Below are positions 1 to 12,888 of a stretch of DNA of 64,000 nt, piece after piece. The notes under the pieces are model-generated. The model searched no databases and had not been told where the DNA came from. It was given only the letters and a program-made list of their open reading frames with translations. Source of the DNA: Azolla caroliniana (taxonomy: Eukaryota > Plantae > Polypodiophyta); NCBI GenBank assembly GCA_043228905.1, contig JBHGNT010000020.1, positions 2,604,001-2,668,000 on the forward strand, written 5' to 3'. Both the position numbers and the translations under genes were made by a program. Each line of letters opens with the position of its first letter. Position 1 is the first letter of the stretch.

Positions 1-232
1 CCGGATGCGAATTAACCAAACGGCTTTATCAAAAAAAAATAAAAAATAAAATCAAAGTGAATCATGCAAGGGCGAGGTGTGAACGGACACATGCAAGAAC
101 AAGGAGTGAACAGGCACTTTGAAAAGGTACGTAGGGGGCTATTAATAGGGTATTAAACCACCGCCACATGGCACATCATTCTATTCTAGTACACAACGTG
201 CACACGCGCGGGTATGAAAAACAGGCGCCAAC

Positions 233-2271
233 ATGCAGGAAGAAAACCCCCACCGCATAGAGGTCTTCACATTTCGCAAACAGAGGAGCACAATCGCAGA
301 CAATCGATTGAAGATCATCAGACGCGAGCCCACACACATAGAGCCTCCTCACACACATTCCTCACCAGCGCTCACCGACCTCAAAGAAGCCATGGACTGC
401 CAAGCACTCTCTGAAGTGGCCAAGAAGTGGCTAAGGCAACACGGGTTAGAAGGGTTCCTCACGATCATGGAGGTGCCACCGCACCGGGAGCCGGAGAAGA
501 TAGTAAAAGAAATCGACACAGAACTGATCACGGAGGAGGCCATCCATGCTTTGATTGGCCTTCTAGAGGGAGGCATCTTCACTATCAACAACCCTACCCC
601 GGACGAGCTTCAAAAATATTTTGGCGAATACTCTCTGGCCAGCAAGGCTTACAGGACACAGGGCGGCGAAGATACATTATTTTGAGAGATTGCTCGTGTG
701 ATCCGTGAATTTGGACATGTATACCCTCGACCCCCGTGCATGCCTAAGAACCGAGCTGGCTTAATCATAGCAACGTATGAAGGCGTAAAGGTGGACGGGC
801 CGATATTGATTGCGGACGGCCTCTGTGCGACCATCGACTCTGTAAGAGGCAAGGAGGTTCGGAAAATATGGACTGCAGTGGCGCAATGGCTCACCTTATT
901 GGCGCCACCTATCGAGCCCGCCAAGACCACGAAGCGGGGGAGAACGACCGAAGGCACCCCAAAAACGGCTTCAAAACAACAACAGTTGTTGGCCTCTAAG
1001 GCACCCAAAGGGAAGGTGGTCGACACGGACAAGATGGCAAAAGAGCGCCCCAATAGGAAGTGGCAGGCGGAAACGCAGGAGGAGACACCGACATGGCCAA
1101 TCAAGATCATATTGCACCGACTTGTTCAACAAGAGCTGGACCCCTTGGCAGCAAAAATCAACATCGGGACTCAGGAAGAGGAAGTGGAGGAGGAACCGTT
1201 AGAGCACCTCCAGCGGCGCCAGAAGGCAAGCACCGTAGAACAGGCTGGGGAGCGTTCAGACCCAAAGAAGGATGCAACGCCTCTAACCCGCACCAAGGGT
1301 GGAACCGGAACCGGTTCGGACAGAACCGGTCATAGAGCTCCCTGCACAACAAGCTATACCGGCGGGTCAGGATACGACAAGACCCGAAATTCAAGCACCG
1401 GCAGTACAGTTGCCTCCTGCACCGGCAAGTCAAGTGCAATCGGAGGCGAAGCGGCCAATGGAGGTGCAACCGGAACCAGAACGGCAAAGTGGTCACCAAC
1501 TAGAGACAAAGTTGCAGCTCGACGCAACCGGACAAGACCGACCACTGGCTAGCGGAACCAACAGCCAACCCTCCGTGCAGAGGCAACAACAGGGTACCGG
1601 CAGCCAATGGCTCCGGTGGATTGGAGAACAGATTGCCAGAGTGCTACACTACATAGAGGAGGAAGAGAAAGTGCAGATGGACCGGTTGCTAGTCACAACC
1701 GGGGAACTAGAGACGACCAGGTCGAGGATCCGGAGCCTAGAACAAGACTTGGACCTGGCCACAGAAGAATTGGCCAAAATGGCCTTAACCGGACCACAGA
1801 TCCAAGCACCGGTGACTCCGTTAGATGTACAGAATAAAGACACACCAACACCTGTACATAGTAATAAGACCCCGGAGACGGAACCAATCCTGGAGACAGT
1901 GGCGGCGCAAGCAAAAGAGCTTGCCGAATTGAAAGATGAACTGGCCGCACAAGAAGCATTACGCACCCGAGAAAGGGACTTGAAGAAAGCAGCAGAAGAA
2001 GAACAAAGAAAGACTGCTGAGAACCTCCGCCGGGCAGAAGAGAATCTGCGGAAAGGACATCAGGCATATGACCGACTTAAAGAGGAGAAAGAGAAAGTGC
2101 TGCAAGAAAAGGATAAGCTGCGACGGATGGCGGAAACGGAGATTGAAAGACTTAAAGAAGAACTCCGTCAATAGAAAGATCGGGAAGACTGCGCTCGCCG
2201 GCAACTCAACCAGAAGCTGAAGCAGAAGACCGATGATTTTGAGCACCTGCACCGGGACTATAAGCACCTGG
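233..2271 (+). pseudogene. Degenerate extra (non gag-pol) ORF of LTR retrotransposon A: putative plant-transposon-protein-like N-terminal domain followed by P/Q-rich and coiled-coil region; interrupted by element B
   Basis: ORFs 233-685 and 698-1552 are in frame across one TGA; 1299-2174 follows a frameshift. Coiled-coil reading resumes at 13347 after the CCTGG TSD. It lies just upstream of LTR 14292-14735. Domain assignment is from memory of Athila/Tat-type extra ORFs. Confidence 0.6.
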
Positions 2272-2721
2272 TGTCAGGAATAGTACTAAAGCATAGATGG
2301 AATTTGTACTAAAGAAGAGCAGTACTATTAGTACTAAGAGGACAGGACTGCATAAGACTCCCGAGAGAGAGAGAGAGAAAGAGAGAAGAGAAAAGAGAGA
2401 TAGCGAGAATGAGAGAGAGAGAGAGATGATGATAACAACCAATATATTATGTGAAGGATAAATACAAAATGGCTAAGAGGCTTAAGACTGGCGTTGAACC
2501 AATTTGGTTCAAAACAATGCCTTGTGCCTCCTTTTATAGTGTTTTTAGGAATAATCCTGAAGCTTCTAGAATGTTCCAGAGAGATCTGGAATATACATCA
2601 AATTTCTATGATAAAGCATAAATGAAAATAATATCCTACAAATTACAATTCATAGTCTAATGGTAGGAGCTCGACCCATGTAGCATAAGGTCATGGGTTC
2701 GAGTCTTGCCATATCATGACA
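2272..2721 (-). repeat. 3' LTR of element B
   Basis: TG...CA termini; near-identical to 12889-13341. Confidence 0.95.
2646..2716 (+). promoter_or_regulatory. tRNA-like A/B-box cassette in LTR of B (second copy 13266-13336)
   Basis: TAGTCTAATGG...AAGGTCATGGGTTCGAGTC with tRNA-like spacing; no proper acceptor stem. Confidence 0.55.
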
Positions 2722-2729
2722 CTATCCAA

Positions 2730-5700
2730 ACGAGGATGGCAGTAACTTCATACTCCGGGCCGGCGTCCAACTTTAGCGGGGGCAGTGGGGGAATGGTGTT
2801 TGCTTTATAAGGTTCAAGAAGAGAACAATGGAAAACCGGATGTATCTAAAGCTGCGGAGGGAGATCAAGGCAGAATGTGACATCAATACGGAAAGGATCG
2901 TCGATAATCCAACTTGTCGCACGGTCGAGTAGTCTTGATGTGACGACTTAAGAGCCATACTTGATCTCCGATGGCAAAAGAGGAGGGAATCCGATGTCGA
3001 TCCGCATAAGTCTTCTGTGTGTGTTGAGCATGACGAAGGTGAGTAGAGAGATCCATCTGGATCTTGCGTAGCCTCTCCAAATGATCCTCGGCACGAGGGT
3101 TCGTAGGTAGCTCCGGGGTTGTTGATAACTCAGGAAACACCGGAGATATTGCTCCAACGTTTGGTTTGTTCGTTCTGCCTGCCCATCGGTCTGGGAATGG
3201 TAGCCGGAGGAGAGGTTGCAAGAGACCTTGAGCATCTTGAAGAGATGTTGCCAAAATTTCGAGACGAATTGAGGTCCTCGGTCACTGATGATACTGTCTG
3301 GGAGGCCGTGATGCCGAAATACCTCACGCATGACGAGGGCGGCGGTTTCCTCGCTAGTGATGGCCTTAGTACACGGCACAAAATATGCCATCTTCGTATA
3401 TCGATCGACGACGGTTAAGATAGCATCGAACCCCTTCGAGACTGGCAGATCGATGATAAAATCAAAACAAATAGATTGCCATGGCTTACTTGGAATCGGT
3501 AAGGGTTTTAACAAGCCATATGGATGGTGTCGTGGCATCTTTGCTCGACAGCAAGCATCACAGGTCCGAACATAGTCGTCGACAAAACGGCGCATGTGGG
3601 GCCACCAAAAAGATCCCTGCACTAGGTCCAACGTCTTAGTACTACCGAAATGTCCCGCCGTATGGGTGTCGTGACAATTCTGGACGATTTGAAGGCGAAA
3701 GGAGCAATCATGGACATATACGTGCTTTTTAAAGAATAACAAACCATCATGATATTCGAATTGTCGGTAGTCAATACCTGGTTGTTGAGACTGAGAACAG
3801 GATGCCCGAGAAGTATCAATGTGCGCCAGGATGTCTTGAGCAAAACTATCCGTCTTCAAGTTTGCACGTATGTCATCGGTAATCCGTGAATCCATCGGGG
3901 TGTGAAAAATCCGCGTTGTGTGCAATCGTGTTGGTCCCAAGATTACTTGCTTTTGATTATCAAATGCTAGATCACCAGGACGAGGTGCAAGATATGACCG
4001 CCGTGATAGTGCATCTGCTTTTCCTTGCTGCTTCCCCGGTCGATATGTGATTTTGAAGTCGAAACGCGTGAGGAATTGAGCCCACCGAGCTTGCCGTTGA
4101 TTTAGTACATGAGCGTTCTGGAAATAAGCAAGATTTTTATGATCACTAAAGACAATGACCTGATGTGGAGAGCCCTCTAAGAAATGCCGCCATTGCAGAA
4201 ATGAATCCACGATAGCTAATAACTCCTTGTCATGTATTTCGTAGTTGATTTGCACGACTTCGAATTTGCGCGAATGGAAAGCCACAGGATGTAACTCTTC
4301 TTTATCTCCTTGTTGAGAAAGGATGCTACCGAGGGTGAAATATGATGCGTCGGCCTCCATGATGAATGGTTTGCTTGTATCCACATGAGTTAGAATCGGT
4401 GCTGATATAAAGGCTTTCTTAAGATGCCGAAAAGCCATATCTGCTTCATTGGACCAAAGAAATGCTTGTCCCTTCTTCGTAAGTTGTGTGAGAGGTAAAA
4501 TAATCTTCGAGTAATCTTGTATAAACTTATGGTAGAAGTTAGCAAAACCTAGAAAACATTGTACATCTCGTACCGACCGTGGAATTTTCCACTCTAGTAT
4601 AGTTTGGACTTTAGCTAGATCTATGGTGATGCCCTTTGAGGAGATGACGTAGCCTAGAAATTCCACTTGCTTGCAGTCAAAGCTACATTTTTCTAGCTTG
4701 GCATAAAGACCATTCTCGCGGAGTCGTTTTAGTACTAATAGTACATGAGAATTGTGCTCTTCCTGGGTCTTCGAATAAATCAATAGATCATCCAGATAGA
4801 TGATCAAACAGATATCCAAGAGGTCTCTGAATATATCAATTGCCATGTGTTAGAAGACTGTGGGTGCATTGGGTAGACCGAACGGCATAATAGTATATTC
4901 GAAATGCCCATACCGCGTGCGAAAGGCGGTCTTCCATTCATCTCTCGGTCGGATCCGCACAAGGTTATACGCTCCTCGTAGATCGATCTTTGTAAAAAAC
5001 TTGGCACCATTAACTCGCTCTTAAAGACTTGATATAAGAGGAAGTGCATACCTATTACGGATGGTGACTTTATTTAAGCCGCGGTAATCAATGACGAGAC
5101 GAAGTGAGCCATCTTTCTTCCTGACAAAGAAGATGGGTGCACCGGCTGGAGATTTCGAATGACGAATAAACCCGCTTGCCAAATTCTCCTCTATGTAGGC
5201 TCGAAGGACTTCTAACTCGGTGGGGGACAAGTTGTAAATGGGTCCCCATGGTGGCTCTGCTCCCGGTTGTAGATCGATGGGACAATCATAGGGCCGATGA
5301 TGAGGAAGAGTACTGGCTTTTACCTTGTCAAATACATCGGCATAAGGATGATATTTCGCCGGAAGTTGTACTAAGGATTCCTCCTTAATAGTGCTGGAAG
5401 GATGTACTAATATTGCAAATAGGAACATTGCCTCCTTGTGTCCTTCTTCGCGTAATTGACGTAGTGAAATGGTCGAAACTCGATGAGTAGATTCTTGGGG
5501 TTGTCAATGTCGGACTTCTCTTGTTCTCCAATCTATGTCTGGATTATGTAATTCAAACACCAAGGTAATCCCAGGACAATGGGATGCTCTGGACTACTAA
5601 TTATATTAAATGCTACTACACACACAAAACTACCTAGGACAACTTGAATGGGTTTTGACTCTTCTACAATATTCCCGAAAGCAATGGGACGACCATCAAT

Positions 5701-5955
5701 GACTACTACAGATGCGGGGCAACGAAGTTTTCTTAAGGGTATCTGAGAAGCTTGGGCAAAATTTCGATCCATAAAACAAGAATTAGCTCCGAAATCTAGA
5801 AGTGCTAGGACATGTACTAGGGGAGTACTTTTAGTACTGACCATGACTTGGGCTAGGAACACATTGCTAACTTGCTTGGAGGGAATGGAACCACTAATGG
5901 GTTGTACAGATCTAGGGTTGTCAAACCAAACGACTGCTATTTTGGCTGGACTCAA
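2730..5955 (-). pseudogene. Element B pol remnant (protease, RT, RNase H, integrase, start of chromodomain)
   Basis: ORF fragments 5533-5955 (LLDFGA, degenerate DSG), 5021-5428 and 2948-4846 (YLDD, EADAS, HxxxxxGH...CxxC, SDRG, DGQAE). 3' end PEYEVTAIL then LTR. Stops and deletions present. Confidence 0.9.
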
Positions 5956-6171
5956 TCGTTTAACTCTTCATCTAATTGACTAAGGATTTCAAATTTGTTT
6001 GAGATACTTGGGCTATTAGTACTATTAATACTATCAGACACTCCTAAGGGAAGAATTGACTCGGCTTTAGTAGAGGCTACAATTTGATTTACCTGTCTTC
6101 TTGGCCTATGGGAACAATTGATTGTGATAAGCCCTAGTCCACCGCAATAAAGACATAATCGATTTGCACGT

Positions 6172-6938
6172 TGTCGCGTTGTTACGCACGTGCGTGGGGA
6201 AAGGCGGGACCACGGGGGTCTTGGACTAGGGAGCGACGGAGCGTAGGAAGTCGTGCTTCACTATTTCCGGGGTATCCCAGAAGCACACCGGAAGCAACCG
6301 AAGGGAGAGAGAGAGAGAGAGCGTGCTTAACACTGATCCACGCACACACACACACACACACACACGCACGCACACACAGCCCAACCCGACTCACGCCTTA
6401 TGTACAGAAAACGCAGGAAAGGGTAGGCATCCGACGCCAACAACGACGCGAATATACACAGACAAACGTATATATATATATACATATAAAGGGAAGAATA
6501 CATTCCCGGCGTGGAGCCGGACTGAGGTAGGTTACAGTAGTCGTCTATTGTCAAGCCGCCGTCGGGGAGCTCTCAGCTTGTTGCGCCGAGCGGGGTCTTG
6601 CACAGGAGGCCGAACCAAAGCAAACCCTAAGCAAAACACGAAGAAGGAGAAGAAGAACCTAACTCTAAACCTAACGGTATACCCTCTAATGCAAAATGGG
6701 CAACCCTTACACAAGGGGCGTTCCCTTCCTTTTATAGAACAAGGAAGGGGATGCGTTACAATGTGGGACAATACCGACTTACATGGGATCGTCTGTCCCC
6801 GACTTGACTACTCTTCGGCGCCATAAAGGCGCCCTCGATATTCACACTAAATGTACACGGGTGCGTACACCCGCAAACACCCCGCCGATGTAGCCAATGT
6901 TTCCCGGTTTCCGCCTCTGGCCGAAATTCTTCACGACA
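6172..6938 (-). repeat. 3' LTR of element C
   Basis: TGTCG...CGACA termini; PPT AGGTGGGGGCGGA adjacent on the minus strand. Confidence 0.93.
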
Positions 6939-7654
6939 TCCGCCCCCACCTAACTGCACGTCCACCGGTACGTGCCAAATCTGGTTGAAGGGTGAGAGAT
7001 TTCGGCCGGCGAGAAACCGATCTCCCGTGATCCGCATCTCGGCTCACTGCCGGTTTGATCCGTCAACTCCGAGTCTTCCTTCGCGCATGCCTCCCCGTAG
7101 GCTCGTTCGACCCGCCAATGGGTCCTCTGCCGCGATTTTCGTAGTACTCGTACTTCCGTTGGCCCTCGATCGGCCGTATGAACGCCCCGCTTCCCGCCGT
7201 AGGCCCGATGTCCCCCGCTCGAGGCATGCTCGTAGTGGCCCGCTTGGCCTCCGTTGATCATTCGCGTCGTCCTGATTGCCGTCCCATGTCGTTTCGCGTT
7301 GCCCTCGTCCTCTCGCCGCCACCTTCCTTCTCCATGGTCTTACGTCGCCGCGTCGGCTCGAACCGCCATGGTCTCCGGAACGGTGTGGAGGGTCCCTTCC
7401 CTACGCTACCTCCGAACCGCACAACCTATCTCAGCGCTCGCCTTTCCGCTTCGGCACCTCCGTGTGCCATGTTCCTTCGCCCGTTGTTTGGCACCGCCCG
7501 TGTCGCACTCCGGTTTATTGCACGCCTCGTCGCCCCCCTTTTTGGCCAGATCGTGCATCGTCGTTTACCCTCATACTGGTGTCCTTTGCATCCGAGGAAC
7601 ACCCCGTAGTAGCCCGCTTGGCCCTTCCCGTCTTCGTGCTGCCACGATAAGTCC

Positions 7655-8411
7655 TCTTGACGGGAACTCAACGCTCCCTATACGCAACGCTCGGCCACAA
7701 CCGAGCTTAGGATCATACACAAAAAACGGGAAATAAAACACGACAAGAAGAAGAGGGAGATACACAGGAGGTTCACGTGGAAAACCCAAACTAGGGGAAA
7801 AACCACGGCAGCCCACAGGCTGCAAACTGTCACTATGTAAGAATATACAACCATGAGTTCACTGAGGCACCGACCTCGTGCTCACAGATCTTCGCCACAG
7901 GCGGCGGTTACAACAGAGGCAACGACCTCTTTCTTTCTCTCTCTCTCTCTGTACAGTTACACACACACTCTCTTTTCTTGCACCAACAAGAAAATGAACA
8001 ACAACTGCTAACACATATTTGCCCTAAGTCATATTTATACTAATATGACTTTCCAGCTATTTACAAATATAGCCTCGATGGGCTCTCAAAAACATATTTA
8101 CGAATATGTCTCTTCCTCCGGTTCTCACCGGGTCTGCGTCATCTGGCTCTCCGTAGCCGGGTACTCCTCATCCGGTTCTCACCGGGCCTGCACCATCCGG
8201 CTCTCCGTAGCCGGGTACTCCCCATCCGGTTCACACCGGGTCTGCACCATCCGGCTCTCCGTAGCCGGGTACTCCTCATCCGGTTCACACCGGGTCTGCA
8301 CCATCCGGCTCTCCGTAGCCGGGAACTCCTCTTCCGGTTCCGGCCTCGGCCGAGATTGTTCGTCGGCACTGTTCTTCTCCCTTCCCATCCGGAGGGACTT
8401 GTCTCCCAACA
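7655..8411 (-). mobile_element. Solo LTR (Copia-associated family) inserted in element C
   Basis: 5-bp TSD AGTCC (7650-7654, 8412-8416). Shares blocks with LTRs 17786-18427 and 49204-49692; the latter follows a Copia RNase H and PPT. Confidence 0.85.
8118..8333. repeat. 54-bp tandem repeat, 4 copies, in U3 of the solo LTR
   Basis: Units start at 8118, 8172, 8226 and 8280 (CCGGTTC(T/A)CACCGGG...). Confidence 0.92.
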
Positions 8412-8619
8412 AGTCCTGAGTCTTCCACTTGCCGTCGTCCCCTCGCCCCCACCAGCTTGTCACCCCGGGCTTGCCGTGTCAGTCTTCGCTACTTCAACGG
8501 AGCTACCGAGATCTACGAAGCGAGTGTGGAGGATCCTCCTCCGGCCTCTCTTGCCATTCCCTCACTCCGACCTTGTGCAGTCCACTAGGCACTTGGTCAC
8601 CTCGTTCCCGGCACCTCCC

Positions 8620-9385
8620 TTGTGTCGTCGGGTCCTGTTCCCTGCCGCCACCGTCCTTCTCCCTCGGTCTTACGTTGCCACGTTGGCCGAACAGCCGGAG
8701 TCTCCGGATCGGTGTGAGGGTTCCATAGGACCGGACTCCGTTTCTATGCTTGCCGAAACTCGGGTGTCTTTGTTTGAGTCCCTCCCGGACTCTCCTCGTG
8801 TCTTCCGCGTAGTCGGGTCCCGTTTCCCGCTGTCACCTTCCTTCTCCCTCGGTCTTACGTTGCCACGTTGGCCGAACAGCCGGAGTCTTTGGTTGGTGTG
8901 GGGATCCCGTAGGACCGGACTTCCTTACGCCCATAGCCTTCGTCACCTCGCCGCCACCGTCAGTATCTTGGTCTTACGTCGACCGTGTTGCCGACTGCCG
9001 AAGTCTCTAGAACCGGTGTGAAGGATGCTTCGTAGGCGTTCGTCGCCTTCTCGACCCTGTCCCGGGTCGTCCTTTTTCGCATGCCGAGAGGGCGTTTTGT
9101 TCCGCACCCTCTCCCATGGTACCGACGTATCATCTCCTCGGCCTCTCTGTAGGCCCTTTGCCTTCGTCACCTCGCCGCCACCTTCAGTATCTTGGTCTTA
9201 CGTCGACCGCGTTGCCGACTGCCGAAGTCTCTAGAACTGGTGTGAAGGATCCTTCGTAGGCGTTCGTCGCCTTCTCGACCCTGTCCCGGATCGTCCTTTC
9301 CCGCATGCCGAGAGGGCGTTTTGTTCCGCACCCTCTCCCGTGGTACTGACGTACCGTGTCCTCGGCCTCTTCGTAGGCCTGCTCT
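8620..9385. repeat. Imperfect internal duplications in element C (about 185-bp and 224-bp periods)
   Basis: CCTTCTCCCTCGGTCTTACGTTGCCACG at 8655 and 8840; CGTCACCTCGCCGCCACC at 8941 and 9165. Confidence 0.8.
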
Positions 9386-9662
9386 CTTCCTCCCTCCCGG
9401 AATGGTCATCCGGGAGTCCGCTCCGCCCGGTTCTCGTCCGGGTCCGTTCGTCCTTCTCCGGATTGCCGAGTCCCGTTCTCTTGTTGCCATCGTCTTCTCT
9501 TATAGGACTCACGCCGGCACTCGGGCCTGCAGTCGGATCGGTGTAAGGAATCCCATAGGACTGGCTTCATTCTCTTTCCAAATCTCGACCTTCGCCCGGT
9601 CGGTCTTTCTCCCCATGTAAAAGAGGGCGGCTCGTCCCGCACCCTCTCCCGTATCGGCACCT

Positions 9663-10997
9663 TCATGCCGAATCCGGCCCCGATCGAACAATCCACGACC
9701 GGATCACGCTCCATCCGTATCGGAATGCCGATCTCATCGTGCCGTGTCCGTCCCCGGCCTTCTCGCAGGCCGTTTCCCATCCATCTTCGCTGGCATCGTG
9801 CCAGGACTCCTCGGTATCGCCATCCATCTCTTCGGTCTTACATGGGCATACGGGCCCGAATGCCGAGTTCTCCGGAATCGGGTCCGTGGGCTTTCGTCCA
9901 CTCCTTCCCCGTATCGTCTCGCCGGTGATTCTTGGCCCTTCGCCGCCACCTTCCTCCGCTTGGGACTCACATGGGCACTCGGGCCCGACTGCCATCGTCT
10001 CGGGAGCAAAAGTGGGAAGACACAAGGAATCGCTTGTCCGTTTTACGCCCTTGTCCGTAGCCACCGGCTCTCCGTGGTCGGTGGTCGACTTCTTACCGAT
10101 CGCGCAAGCCCCGTCTAGGCCTGCTTCTTCAATGACTGGGATCTCGGGCTGACACGCCCGAAACCGTTGGTCCCAACGTTCCGGTTCCGCGATCTGTATC
10201 TCGGCCTCGTCCTTGGCCGTTCTCTCTCCGCAAGTCGAGAGGGCGTTTCGTTCCGCACCCTCTCCCGTGGTACCGTCGTAGCGATCTTCCGCCGTCGCGT
10301 GGGGCAAGTCCGTCTCCTCGGTCTCGGCTTCCGGCCTCGATCTTCCTTCTTCCTCGAGCATCGCTTTGAGAGCTTCGTACGCCTCCGCAATCCTGGCCCC
10401 AACGCCGACCCTTGCCGACTCTCTTTGCCGTTCGGCCTCTTCCCGCTGTGATGGCACGCCGTCGCGTCCCTTCCCCTTAGCCCTCTTGGCTCGCTCATCA
10501 TCTAGCTGTTGGCACACCCTTCCGACCTTCGACCAGTCCTCCGTAAGCCCATTCGCTCCATCATCATCTTCGAGCTCAATCCCGATGGCTTCCCGTTCCG
10601 CTCGGTCGATCGACCTGACGAACAAAAGGACTTTGTCCGCCCCCACCAAACCTTGTTCCCGCTCCGGGAGCCGAGCAAGCTGTCGCTTGAACTCTCGGAA
10701 TGCCTTCGTCGCGCCCCGGTGGGTCTTTGCCGATGCTACCCATTGGTCGAAGTCGTGTCGTCCCCGGCTCTTCCGCCGTCCTCCGTATGCCTTCAGGAGC
10801 GCCTCTTCGAAGGCCTCCCACGAACCATGAGCCTCGCGGAGCTCCTTTACTTCCGCATGCATCCGGACCGCTATGACCCGACAGAAGAATTCCAGCCTCA
10901 ACGGCTCGTCTACGCCACGCCCCTCAATTTCCGCGTTGAAGGCTTTCAAGTAAGATGGGACTTTGTCCCCATTGAAACGGCCGACTCTTTCAACCAC
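9663..10997 (-). CDS. Gag-like protein of element C (capsid-like N-terminus, acidic low-complexity tail)
   Basis: 444-aa ORF. VGRFNGDKVPSYLKAFNAE...VLLFVRSID...LTEDWSKVGRVC aligns by eye with element D gag IGRFGGKDATSYLASYRAE...VLLFVKSVD...LMADWATVKRVC. Confidence 0.75.
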   Translation of the reverse strand: MVERVGRFNGDKVPSYLKAFNAEIEGRGVDEPLRLEFFCRVIAVRMHAEVKELREAHGSWEAFEEALLKAYGGRRKSRGRHDFDQWVASAKTHRGATKAFREFKRQLARLPEREQGLVGADKVLLFVRSIDRAEREAIGIELEDDDGANGLTEDWSKVGRVCQQLDDERAKRAKGKGRDGVPSQREEAERQRESARVGVGARIAEAYEALKAMLEEEGRSRPEAETEETDLPHATAEDRYDGTTGEGAERNALSTCGERTAKDEAEIQIAEPERWDQRFRACQPEIPVIEEAGLDGACAIGKKSTTDHGEPVATDKGVKRTSDSLCLPTFAPETMAVGPECPCESQAEEGGGEGPRITGETIRGRSGRKPTDPIPENSAFGPVCPCKTEEMDGDTEESWHDASEDGWETACEKAGDGHGTMRSAFRYGWSVIRSWIVRSGPDSA

Positions 10998-11117
10998 TCG
11001 CTCAACCGCTTGTTGCGCTGCTTCTCACCTCATCACCACTCGTGCCGACTCCAACACCACTTCGGCCACCATCTCCGCAAGGTCGTCGTCTTCCGACTCC
11101 ATCCTCCCTTGCCGCCC

Positions 11118-11135
11118 TTCACGTCGGGTTCACCA
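11118..11135 (-). promoter_or_regulatory. PBS complementary to tRNA-Trp 3' end (TGGTGAACCCGACGTGAA)
   Basis: Starts with TGG 4 nt from the LTR. Reverse complement TTCACGTCGGGTTCACCA matches plant cytosolic tRNA-Trp as I recall it. Confidence 0.85.
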
Positions 11136-11139
11136 AATA

Positions 11140-11311
11140 TGTCGCGTTGTTACGCGCGTGCGTGGGGAAAGGCGGGACCACGGGGGTCTTGGACTAGGGA
11201 GCGACGGAGCGTAGGAAGTCGTGCTTCACTATTTCCGGGGTATCCCAGAAGCACACCAGAAGCAACCGAAGGGAGAGAGAGAGAGAGAGAGCGTGCTTAA
11301 CACTGACCCAT

Positions 11312-11347
<36 letters not shown>

Positions 11348-11905
11348 CCCAACCCGACTCACGCTTTATGTACGGAAAACGCAGGAAAGGGTAGGCACCC
11401 GACGCCAACAACGACGTGAATATACACAGACAAACGTATATATATATATACATATAAAGGGAAGAATACATTCCCGGCGTGGAGCTGGACTGAGGTAGGT
11501 TACAGTAGTCGTCTGTTGTCAAGCCGCCGTCGGGGAGCTCTCAGCTCGTCGCGCCGAGCGGGGTCTTGCACAGGAGGCCGAACCAAAGCAAACCCTAAGC
11601 AAAACACGAAGAAGGAGAAGAAGAACCTAATTGTAAACCTAACGGTATACCCTCTAATGCAAAATGGGCAACCCTTACACAAGGGGCGTTCCCTTCCTTT
11701 TATAGAACAAGGAAGGGGATGCGTTACAATGTGGGACAATCCCGACTTACATGGGATCGTCTGTCCCCGACTTGACTACTCTTCGGCGCCATAAAGGCGC
11801 CCTCGATATTCACACTAAATGTACACGGGTGCGTACACCCGCAACACCCCGCCGATGTAGCCAATGTTTCCCGGTTTCCACCTCTGGCCGAAATTCTTCA
11901 CGACA
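11140..11905 (-). repeat. 5' LTR of element C
   Basis: Copy of 6172-6938; followed on the minus strand by TATT then the PBS. Confidence 0.93.
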
Positions 11906-12820
11906 ACGTCGTCGTTGCTTTTCTTCTTCCGATAACGGGCCGCGTTGACGCATGGTATCGATCTCCATCGGTGTCGAAGTATTTGCTTGAGGTATGTCTC
12001 ATGCAAACGGTTTAGCCGTGACTGAGGCGTAACTGGGCTCCGACCTAGAGCGTGGTATCTGTAATTGACGTTCCAAACGCCGTTCGAAAAGGCGGTTGTC
12101 ACATCAGACCGTTCGACTGATTGCCTCCGTAAGAGACTTTGGTTCTTCGGGGAAAGTTTGAAGTAGATCTTTGACATCGTTTCATAGGCCATAGCGAAAC
12201 TGCTCCATTAGTGCCTGATCATCCCAGGGGATATCTGAAGCGAGTAGTCGGAAATCCGCCACGTAGGCAGAGGCTAGACAATCGCCTTGACGCAGTCGCC
12301 GGATCTTGTTGATCGCCGTCCTGATGCTGTCGGTGTCTCCAAAGCAGGCTTTAAACTCACTAACAAAATCTTCAAAGTTATTAAGCAAGGGCGATTGTTT
12401 TTCTAGAAGCGGAGCGAACCATGCTAAGGTTGAGCCGCTAAGCAACATGCCTATTAAGCCGACTCGGGATGCATCATTGGGGTATCGGGAAGGATGCATT
12501 TGGAGGACTAATCGTACCTGATTAAGGAATCCCCTGAATTGCGATCACTATCCATCAATTTTCATAGGAAGTCCAATCTTCGGCTCTTTATGAAATCCTT
12601 GAGGACTTGATCCTTGTTGTTGCAATGCCGCTTCAAGTTGTTGCACCTGTAACGCTAACTCCCCATGTTGTTGCTACGTTTGTTGTTTTTCTAGAGTGAT
12701 TTGTTGCAGATCCCCTATCAGCCATTGGTTTTCTTCTTCCAAGGCAACAAATTTTTCTTTTAGGCACTGTAGCTCGGAGAAAACGGATTGATATTCTTGG
12801 ATGCTAACAATAGCCATAGT
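11906..12820 (-). pseudogene. Element B gag remnant (zinc knuckle continues at 6171 downward)
   Basis: LLSGSTLAWF...LRQG retrotransposon gag motifs. Removing C and one ACGT restores KQRRRANRLCLYCGGLGLITINC. Confidence 0.88.
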
Positions 12821-12874
12821 ATAGAGAAAAAAGGGTAGGAGTATGAGGGAGAACGACAAGTAGGTTGGAGGAAG

Positions 12875-12886
12875 AAATTGGTTCAA
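12875..12886 (-). promoter_or_regulatory. Self-priming PBS of element B (TTGAACCAATTT)
   Basis: 2 nt inside the 5' LTR boundary and lacks TGG. Perfectly complementary to AAATTGGTTCAA at 13125-13114, about 33 nt downstream of the LTR TATA box. Confidence 0.75.
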
Positions 12887-12888
12887 AC

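Larger units (their letters stand above)
6172..11905 (-). mobile_element. Element C: non-autonomous gag-only LTR retrotransposon of the tRNA-Trp/4-bp-TSD Gypsy family
   Basis: LTRs 6172-6938 and 11140-11905 are near-identical. TSD ACGT (6168-6171, 11906-11909). PBS 11118-11135, PPT 6939-6951. No RT, RH or IN motifs in the internal region. Confidence 0.9.

Noticed and set aside
6171-9620. Many overlapping 60-220 aa ORFs in element C and its LTRs
   Set aside because: Expected from GC-rich, repetitive sequence; no recognisable domains.
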